Below are positions 57,624-64,000 of a DNA stretch of 64,000 nucleotides, piece by piece. Both the position numbers and the translations under genes were made by a program. Position 1 is the stretch's first letter. Each line of letters begins with the position of its first letter. The DNA lies in contig CAYPFA010000003.1 of the NCBI GenBank assembly GCA_964410025.1, positions 85,259 through 149,258 on the forward strand, written 5' to 3'. The DNA comes from Candidatus Woesearchaeota archaeon. Lineage in GTDB: Archaea; Nanobdellota; Nanobdellia; Pacearchaeales; GW2011-AR1. The notes under the pieces are model-generated. The model was not told where the DNA came from, made no database searches, and saw only the letters and a program-made list of their open reading frames with translations.

Positions 57624-58373
57624 CTACCTAATAAAACTCAAAACGATTGTTACAATTCCAATAAAGAAGCAGTAAAAACTAAACATCCAGAATTTATTAG
57701 CTATCAATATCTTTTCTAAAAGTTTTAAACAAAATAAACTCAAGACAAAACAGACTAAAAAAGGAATCAATACCAAGTAAGAAAAATTAGCAATTTGATT
57801 TATATCCAGTAAAACAGCACCAAGCGTCAATGGAATTAAAAGTAAAAATGAAAATTTAAATGCGTCATTGTTTTTTACGCCCATTATTTTTGCGGTCGAA
57901 ATAGTCATCGCGCTTCTAGATATTCCAGGAAATAATGCCAATATTTGCGCAAATCCTATGGCAATCGAACTAGTTAAATTAATTTTAGAAATTTGTTTTG
58001 TTTCTTTTGTCATCAATAAAACGCTTCCTGTAAATATAAAAGCAACCCCCGTAAATAAAAGCGAATTAAATTGTGATTCAAAAATAGATTTTAAAAATAA
58101 GCCAGCAAGTCCAGCAGGAATAATACCAATTATCAAATAAATCAGATATTTTCTGTCTTCTTTTTTAAAATGAAGCAATCTCCAAATTTCTTTTCTTGTA
58201 TAAATAATCACTGCAAAAAGAGATGCGAAATGTAATAATATTATGAATGCCAAATTTGGACTTCCGATTAAATTAGAAAAAAGAGATAAATGACCATCTG
58301 ATGAAATTGGTAAAAATTCTGTCACAGATTGTATAATCGCAAGAAAAATTCCAACAAACATTTGATTTATCAT
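57624..58373 (-). CDS. uppP: undecaprenyl-diphosphate phosphatase
   Basis: FLPISSDGHL and PGISRSA motifs; 8-TM BacA/UppP layout. Confidence 0.9.
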   Translation of the reverse strand: MINQMFVGIFLAIIQSVTEFLPISSDGHLSLFSNLIGSPNLAFIILLHFASLFAVIIYTRKEIWRLLHFKKEDRKYLIYLIIGIIPAGLAGLFLKSIFESQFNSLLFTGVAFIFTGSVLLMTKETKQISKINLTSSIAIGFAQILALFPGISRSAMTISTAKIMGVKNNDAFKFSFLLLIPLTLGAVLLDINQIANFSYLVLIPFLVCFVLSLFCLKLLEKILIANKFWMFSFYCFFIGIVTIVLSFIR

Positions 58374-58403
58374 GTTTTAATTATGGTTTTTAGGTATATA
58401 AAT

Positions 58404-59123
58404 TTAATATCTTTCAAATACTAATAATCCTTTTTTATCCCAAATAAATAATGTGTCTCCAGCATCATTCCAAACGCAAGAAAAATTTTCGCTATAAATT
58501 CCATTAGGAATATTTATGAATTCATCATGAGTCGCATCGTCTTTCAAATAAATTTCCATCGCATCGCAGGAATTTTGTAAAACAAGTTTTTCTTTATTCG
58601 TGCACCTTTCCCCGTCCTCAATATATTTAAATTCCATAATAGAAATGCAGCCAAAGTTCGGAGATTTTTTCCAGAGTCCGATTTCCATATTCCTAGCTTC
58701 TTCTTCAGCTTTTCTCAGCCTGTCTGAATATTTATCGTCTTTATAAATAAAAACATGCGCAAGACCATTTTTCAAAATTTTTTCATTAAATAATTTACCC
58801 TCATTAAAAATATAACCCAAGTTTCTTCCGTACTTATCTTTCTCAACGCTTTCAATCAAAACGGTTTTATTTAAAAGTTGTCCAGTAAAACTCGCCGATT
58901 CATTTGAAAGAAAAGTTTTCTTTTCTGGTGTATTTATTCCCAAAAGACGATAATGCTGTCCATTCTGCCCAACAATTGTGTCGCCATCTATGACTCTCAC
59001 AACTAGAACTTCCTCGCTAGTAGAAATAGTATTTCCAGTTGCTGAAAAATCTCGGATATAAATATAATAAAGACAGCCCGAGAGCAAAAATAGTAGAAAT
59101 AAAATAAGACTGGATTTTCTCAT
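58404..59123 (-). CDS. secreted/lipid-anchored thermonuclease (SNase-like) with C-terminal beta domain
   Basis: ATG at 59123 gives MRKSSLILFLLFLLSGC, a lipobox-like signal. SNase motifs VVRVIDGDT..RLLGINTPE..DKYGR are present. The longer ORF to 59378 overlaps the divergent gene. Confidence 0.8.
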   Translation of the reverse strand: MRKSSLILFLLFLLSGCLYYIYIRDFSATGNTISTSEEVLVVRVIDGDTIVGQNGQHYRLLGINTPEKKTFLSNESASFTGQLLNKTVLIESVEKDKYGRNLGYIFNEGKLFNEKILKNGLAHVFIYKDDKYSDRLRKAEEEARNMEIGLWKKSPNFGCISIMEFKYIEDGERCTNKEKLVLQNSCDAMEIYLKDDATHDEFINIPNGIYSENFSCVWNDAGDTLFIWDKKGLLVFERY

Positions 59124-59187
59124 GATAATTTGATATACTATATTCAACTTAATAAATGCTTTTAAGCGCAGGATTTTATGCTTTAAT

Positions 59188-60153
59188 ATGGCTAACCCAG
59201 TTTTAGAATCAACAGAATTTTTAACAATCAATCCACAATATGCTAAAATAAATAATGATAAAATAAAGCAGCAGGCTGAAATTTTCTCAAAAAAACAATT
59301 CTCAATTCCCTCTTGGCAAGAATGTTTTCCTGGAAAATCCTCTACACAAGCAGTTAATCTTTTCTGTTTAGCTAACACGACTAATTTTGCTTTTACTAAT
59401 TTTGAAACAGGTGAAAAATATTTAGCAAAATGGCAAGGAAAAGATTGGACTGGCGCCTATGGAATGTATGCTTCAATCAACAAGGCACTAGAGAGAGGAG
59501 TTCCCTTTACATCACCACAATATTTAGCGCAAATGTCTTTATATGATGTTAATAAAATATTTTCAGAAGATTCGCAGATTCCTCTCGCGCAAGAAAGAAA
59601 AGAAGTTTTTAATGAAGTTGGGCAAATACTTTCAAAACAATACGGGAGTTTTTTAAAATTATTCCTAGATTCAAATCGAAGAGCATTTAATAATGGCAAG
59701 GGTTTTGTCGAGCGATTAGTTTCTGCCTTCCCATCTTTTAATGACTCAGCGGTTATCGACGGGAAAAAGGCAATCTTTAATAAAAGAGCCCAGCTAGCCG
59801 CAGCCGAAATTCAAGGCAGATTTTTAGCAGATGAGATGAATGCATTTGATGATATAGATCAGTTGACAGTCTTTGCTGATTATGTTTTGCCAAAAGGTTT
59901 ACGAGCAGTAGGTATTTTAGAATATTCTCCAGATTTGGCCGCAAGAGTTGATGCTGGAAATTTAATTCAAAAAAATTCGCGAGAAGAATTAGAAATTCGT
60001 GCATCTTCGGTTCATGCATTTGACAGGCTTCTGAATAATGTTAACTCCCTAAAAAAAGACAAAATTAATGTCCTCCATTTAGATTACGCAATTTGGTCAG
60101 AATTTAGAAAAGCTCCAGGAAGACATCATTTAACAAAAACAATTTTCTATTAA
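59188..60153 (+). CDS. queuosine salvage family protein (DUF2419-like)
   Basis: 321 aa. The N-terminal INxxKI, FCLANTTNFAF and C-terminal HHLTKTIFY patterns recall DUF2419, from memory only. Confidence 0.55.
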   Translation: MANPVLESTEFLTINPQYAKINNDKIKQQAEIFSKKQFSIPSWQECFPGKSSTQAVNLFCLANTTNFAFTNFETGEKYLAKWQGKDWTGAYGMYASINKALERGVPFTSPQYLAQMSLYDVNKIFSEDSQIPLAQERKEVFNEVGQILSKQYGSFLKLFLDSNRRAFNNGKGFVERLVSAFPSFNDSAVIDGKKAIFNKRAQLAAAEIQGRFLADEMNAFDDIDQLTVFADYVLPKGLRAVGILEYSPDLAARVDAGNLIQKNSREELEIRASSVHAFDRLLNNVNSLKKDKINVLHLDYAIWSEFRKAPGRHHLTKTIFY

Positions 60154-60177
60154 AGCTAAAGAAAAGCTATTTTTATT

Positions 60178-61386
60178 TTAAGAAATTTTATGACTTTCTA
60201 GCTGACCATGTTCTAAAAGTGGGCTGCCAATTAACGGTCTCGCATATTCAACAAACGCCGGCATAATATCATTTCCATTTTCATTTATAAATTCTAGGGG
60301 CATCTTTCGTGGAGTTCTAGCAACTGACTCCAGGGATGTTAATGTGAGGTTGTATCCATATTTTTTTTCTTGATTTCTTAGTATTGCAATACTTCCTTCC
60401 AAATTTCCCGCTACTACTAGCCTAACAGCCTCAACACCGACTGCTGTGGCTTCTTCCCAATCCTGTTCGGAAATAGTTTCTAAATATGATCTTTGCATAT
60501 ATCCCAATGTGTCGGCTCTTATTCTTTTTGTAATTCCACTTTTTTCAATTAGATGTGTCAATTTTTCCGCAAGTAAAGTTGATCCGGCAAATTGAGGATT
60601 ATTATGACTGTCAAGAGTTTTTCCATCCCATGCAAGCGGAAATCCTTTTTCGTCTTCTATCCCTTCAGATATTGCGACAACAGCTCGCCCATATTTTTTC
60701 ATAGTAGATTCAATATCATCTAAAAAATTTTCTGTTCTAAATGGCTTTTCAGGAACATAAATCAAATGAGGAGCATCGCCTTCCCCTTGTCTTGCCAATG
60801 AAGAGGATGCTGTCAAAAATCCCGCACTTCTTCCCATAATAATATTTAATTTTACTCCCTTAAGGGAAAGATTATCATAATTATCTCCGACAAAAACGTT
60901 AGCCACATATCGTGCCGCACTTCCAAATCCAGGCGTATGATAGTTTACTCTCAAATCATTATCAACTGTTTTTGGAATATGAAAACAAGCTAAATCATAA
61001 TTATGTCTTTTGGCTATTTCATTAACAGTCTTGGCATTATCCGCTGAGTCATTTCCACCGATGTAAAAAAAGAATCGTATATCTTTTTTTCTCAACGCAT
61101 CAAAAACCGCTTCTTCAGAAATCTCCTTACCTATTTTTTTCCTCGAAGAATAAAGCGCCGCCCAAGGTGTTCTGGAAACGCGAGATAGTGTTGCGGAACT
61201 TTGAGAAAATAAATCTATAAAATCATTTTTAACTAAACCTTCCGGTCCATGAAGCGAGCCCCATAATTCAGTTATTTGTCCTTTGTTTTCTGAAGCTTCT
61301 CTAATTGCTCCGACTAAACTAGCATTTATAACTCTCGTTGGTCCGCCACTTTGCGCAATCACCGCACGTCCTTTCAGTCTAACCAT
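60178..61386 (-). CDS. 6-phosphofructokinase (ATP- or PPi-dependent PFK-A family)
   Basis: GGPTRVINA, IGGNDS, PKTVDND and MGRSAG motifs. 402 aa. Confidence 0.9.
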   Translation of the reverse strand: MVRLKGRAVIAQSGGPTRVINASLVGAIREASENKGQITELWGSLHGPEGLVKNDFIDLFSQSSATLSRVSRTPWAALYSSRKKIGKEISEEAVFDALRKKDIRFFFYIGGNDSADNAKTVNEIAKRHNYDLACFHIPKTVDNDLRVNYHTPGFGSAARYVANVFVGDNYDNLSLKGVKLNIIMGRSAGFLTASSSLARQGEGDAPHLIYVPEKPFRTENFLDDIESTMKKYGRAVVAISEGIEDEKGFPLAWDGKTLDSHNNPQFAGSTLLAEKLTHLIEKSGITKRIRADTLGYMQRSYLETISEQDWEEATAVGVEAVRLVVAGNLEGSIAILRNQEKKYGYNLTLTSLESVARTPRKMPLEFINENGNDIMPAFVEYARPLIGSPLLEHGQLESHKIS

Positions 61387-61488
61387 TAAATTTGATTGTT
61401 TTAAAGGTATAAAAGATTAATCAATATAAAGTATATATTAAGGGCCATAAAAAAGCAACATTTAAAATAGCATTAACTTCGGCTAATT

Positions 61489-61980
61489 ATGGACATTATT
61501 GGAATTCATCATGCGTCAGAAATGCTAGAACCATTAGATAAATATCTTAAAGAAAGTTATCCTCGCGGAATAGAATCAATGGCACTGGAGATACATTCAA
61601 GAGAGAAATTAAGTTCAAGTCAAGAGGGTTGCTTCTTTTCGAGACTGGGCAATCTTTGGCAAGACAGGGGAACAAAAATAATTCCTGCAGATATTTATCG
61701 GCTGCCCGAAAGAAATAATTTTGAATATTTAATTAATATCTTCCCAAGAAAATTTTTGACGGCCATGAGAATTATAGATAAGGGCATATTGAGAACACTT
61801 ACGGAGAAAAAACCACAAGTTGTAGTTCTTGGCCAATATCACGCAGATTATCAAAAAAGAGTTTTTCCAAACGCCAGATATATTGCATTGTTACCAATAA
61901 ATCCAGAAGAAAAACCCAAGACAGCAGATGAAATTGTTACACTGGACTGTTTTATAAAATATTCCGGAGACGGCATATAA
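61489..61980 (+). CDS. hypothetical protein
   Basis: 163-aa ORF with ATG start. Confidence 0.5.
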   Translation: MDIIGIHHASEMLEPLDKYLKESYPRGIESMALEIHSREKLSSSQEGCFFSRLGNLWQDRGTKIIPADIYRLPERNNFEYLINIFPRKFLTAMRIIDKGILRTLTEKKPQVVVLGQYHADYQKRVFPNARYIALLPINPEEKPKTADEIVTLDCFIKYSGDGI

Positions 61981-61988
61981 ATCTTTTA

Positions 61989-62519
61989 TCAAATACTAAA
62001 AAGCAATTTTTTAATAAATTTATCTTTTGTTTCAGCTCTTTTTATTCTCAAAAATCTCCTAAAATAACTCTTTTTTATAGATGGTGATAATTCCCCAAAC
62101 TCATCTAGTTTTTTATTTTCCACTAAAAGTTTTTTCATTTCTCTGGGCATTTTTGGATTTTTCGGAATGCCGGCATCATGCGGTTTTTTCAACAAACCTT
62201 CTTTATACATTTTAATTCCATGCGGACTCATTAAACCTTTTTTTAGAAGTTCTTTTCCGTAAGACAATGTGTTAATGCTCCACTTACTATTTTTATTTCT
62301 TTTTACATAAGTTGTAGCCCATCTATCTTCATCAATTCTTTGAGCGGTAGTGTCAATCCAACCAAAACATATAGCTGTTTTCATAGAGTCCATATGATGA
62401 ATTATTGGTTTTCCTGTATGTTTTTTATCCTTAATTAAAAGAACCCTATTCTCCTTAAGATGATTTTTCTCTAGCCAGTTTCTCCAGTCATTCAAATCTT
62501 TAGCATAAAACTTTTCCAT
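61989..62519 (-). CDS. YdeI/OmpD-associated family protein
   Basis: DWRNWLEKNH..AICFGWID..RIDEDR is the pattern of the YdeI family. Confidence 0.6.
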   Translation of the reverse strand: MEKFYAKDLNDWRNWLEKNHLKENRVLLIKDKKHTGKPIIHHMDSMKTAICFGWIDTTAQRIDEDRWATTYVKRNKNSKWSINTLSYGKELLKKGLMSPHGIKMYKEGLLKKPHDAGIPKNPKMPREMKKLLVENKKLDEFGELSPSIKKSYFRRFLRIKRAETKDKFIKKLLFSI

Positions 62520-62605
62520 AAATTAAGAAAGAGAAAAGATTATTTAAATCTTCTATATACTAAAACCCAACAAACTATTTAAACTAAGAAACATATCCCC
62601 TTTTT

Positions 62606-62932
62606 ATGGAAACAGACTATGTAGATAAACCTGTTATTAAGACAGTGGGTTTGATTGTAGAAGAAGCAAAAAGAAAGGGTGTTAGAAGCATATTGTTTGA
62701 GACACAAGATAAGTATACTAATGTTTTTTATGATGGAAAATTATCCGAAAGAATCTCTCGGAGACTTTATACTCCAATTACATCTAGGATAAAAATTCTT
62801 GCAGATATGCCACTAGCATCACAAGATCCAATTCAAGAAGGTCGTCTTAATCTCGATGAGAAGTTTGGTAATTGGGATGTCCCCTCAATGTATTCTGGTG
62901 ACTGGAAAGCTTTAGAATTAAATAGAGTATAA
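62606..62932 (+). CDS. stand-alone GspE/PilB-type ATPase N-terminal-like fragment
   Basis: RSILFETQD..FYDGKL..SRIKILADMPLASQDPIQEGRLNL parallels ASDIHxEP..R.DG..SR.K.ma.ldi.e.R.PQDGR. The ORF stops before any Walker A. Confidence 0.5.
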   Translation: METDYVDKPVIKTVGLIVEEAKRKGVRSILFETQDKYTNVFYDGKLSERISRRLYTPITSRIKILADMPLASQDPIQEGRLNLDEKFGNWDVPSMYSGDWKALELNRV

Positions 62933-63020
62933 TTCGAAAATTTTCTTTTATCAAAACCTTTAAAAAGGTTCTTTTTTTCATACCATTACTCATAGATAGC
63001 ACGCTATCGTGAACACCAAT

Positions 63021-63329
63021 ATGTCAAAGGTAAGAATAAAATTGCAAAGTGTAGATATTGAAAAACTTAATTTAGTAATTGAAAATATTAAAAGCATTGC
63101 ATCAACTGCTGGCGTATTGATTTCTGGTCCTATTCCACTTCCAACAAAAAGATTAAAAGTCACAACTAGAAAATCTCCTTGTGGAAACGGAACAGCTACA
63201 TTCGACAATTTCGAAATGAGAATTCATAAAAGAGTTATGGATTTACCAGGAAACGATAAAGTTCTTCATAACATTATGAGAATCCAAATTCCAAGAACAG
63301 TTTCTATCAAGATTGAAATGTTAGACTAA
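63021..63329 (+). CDS. rps10: 30S ribosomal protein S10 (uS10)
   Basis: KVRIKL.S.D...L......I......G..ISGPIPLPTK is the typical uS10 pattern. ATG at 63021; the ORF track starts at GTG 63009. Confidence 0.93.
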   Translation: MSKVRIKLQSVDIEKLNLVIENIKSIASTAGVLISGPIPLPTKRLKVTTRKSPCGNGTATFDNFEMRIHKRVMDLPGNDKVLHNIMRIQIPRTVSIKIEMLD

Positions 63330-64000
63330 ATCGTCCCATTCAAATATTCCAATCTTTTCTTTTCTTCAAATCTCTCAATAGCATACCTTAGCATAGTTCT
63401 TGGCATTTTCTTATAGTGTTTTTTCAAAAAATCTTCCTCAATTTTTAAATCTTTCTTGCCGACTTCTCTCAATGCCCAGCCAACCGCCTTGTGAATTAAA
63501 TCATGTTTATCATTTAATAAAATCTCAGAAATTTTTAAGGTATCTTTAAAATCATTATTTCTAATAAACCAAAATGTAGAAATAATAGCAATTCGTTTTT
63601 TCCATAAATTACCAGATTTTGCAAACTCAAACAGAACCTTCCTGTCCTTATTAATTAAATATTTACCAACAACATTCGGCGCACTTAAATCAACCAAATC
63701 CCAATTATTGATATTATTGTAATTTCTCAAATACATATCGCACAAATCTTTTTTAATATATTCATTAGCTTTCTTTGTTCTCAAAACCATAATGATTAAA
63801 GCACACAATCTCTCTTCATGAATTTTAGACTTAAGTAGTTCCTGCAAATCATCTAAATTTAGATCAAAATATTTCTTAGCCAAAGTCCGAATCTCAGGCA
63901 CACTCAATCCATAAAATACATCACCCTCTCCATACTCGCCTTTCCCAGTTTTAAAAAATCTTTTAGAATGCTCGGCCCTAATCGGCTCGAATTTTGACTT
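63326..64000 (-). CDS. DNA alkylation repair (AlkD-like HEAT-repeat) protein, 5'-truncated by window edge
   Basis: The frame stays open from 63907 to the window end (..KRFFKTGKGEYGEGDVFYGLSVPEIR..). NNWDLVD and HKAVGWALRE motifs are typical of the family. Confidence 0.75.
   Translation of the reverse strand, partial: KSKFEPIRAEHSKRFFKTGKGEYGEGDVFYGLSVPEIRTLAKKYFDLNLDDLQELLKSKIHEERLCALIIMVLRTKKANEYIKKDLCDMYLRNYNNINNWDLVDLSAPNVVGKYLINKDRKVLFEFAKSGNLWKKRIAIISTFWFIRNNDFKDTLKISEILLNDKHDLIHKAVGWALREVGKKDLKIEEDFLKKHYKKMPRTMLRYAIERFEEKKRLEYLNGTI

Noticed and set aside
1-64000. Alternative genetic code or stop-codon reassignment, prompted by the TAG in the DUF975 gene and a TCA-containing loop in the tRNA-like fragment at 349-386
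   Set aside because: Large conserved genes up to 797 aa read through cleanly under the standard code and terminate where homologues end. The tRNA-like fragment cannot fold. Only one in-frame stop was found.

Overview
AT-rich archaeal chromosome segment. Archaeal assignment rests on thermosome, MCM, aRF1, eL15, uS10, Cbf5, Dph2, archaeal-type TrpRS, and a tRNA-Tyr with C1-G72 and a long intron. Small genes, many orphan ORFs and scavenging functions fit a DPANN-like lineage, but that is inference. About 80 genes are mostly housekeeping: ppsA, metG, a ValRS-like ligase, trpS, pyrB, pfk, uppP, scpB, an RPA-like protein, a beta-CASP RNase and a U32 peptidase. Four tRNA genes were read by eye: Trp-CCA, Tyr-GUA with an 80-nt intron, Ile-GAU and Asp-GUC. 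The main accessory feature is a ~7.7 kb element integrated into the 3' end of tRNA-Asp. It is bounded by an exact 16-bp direct repeat (45276-45291 and 52975-52990). It encodes a tyrosine recombinase, small wHTH/RHH proteins, three membrane or surface proteins (one an AN1 zinc finger-CAP fusion), and a catalytically intact-looking RelA/SpoT-domain protein preceded by an AbrB-like ORF. That pair is a candidate toxSAS-like toxin-antitoxin or defence module and is the best candidate here for an undescribed system. The second notable locus lies downstream of tRNA-Ile (19010-19575). It holds four copies of the tRNA 3' end in modular units whose two hairpins differ in sequence but keep pairing, plus a T-loop-like segment split by a 60-nt hairpin insert. 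Smaller oddities: partial tRNA-Trp copies flanking tRNA-Trp, an in-frame TAG at a conserved Trp position of a DUF975 gene, a GC-rich double hairpin, a duplicated 35-bp promoter/leader, and a stand-alone GspE-N-like fragment. No rRNA or CRISPR array was seen. All functional calls come from motif recognition by eye, with no searches run.
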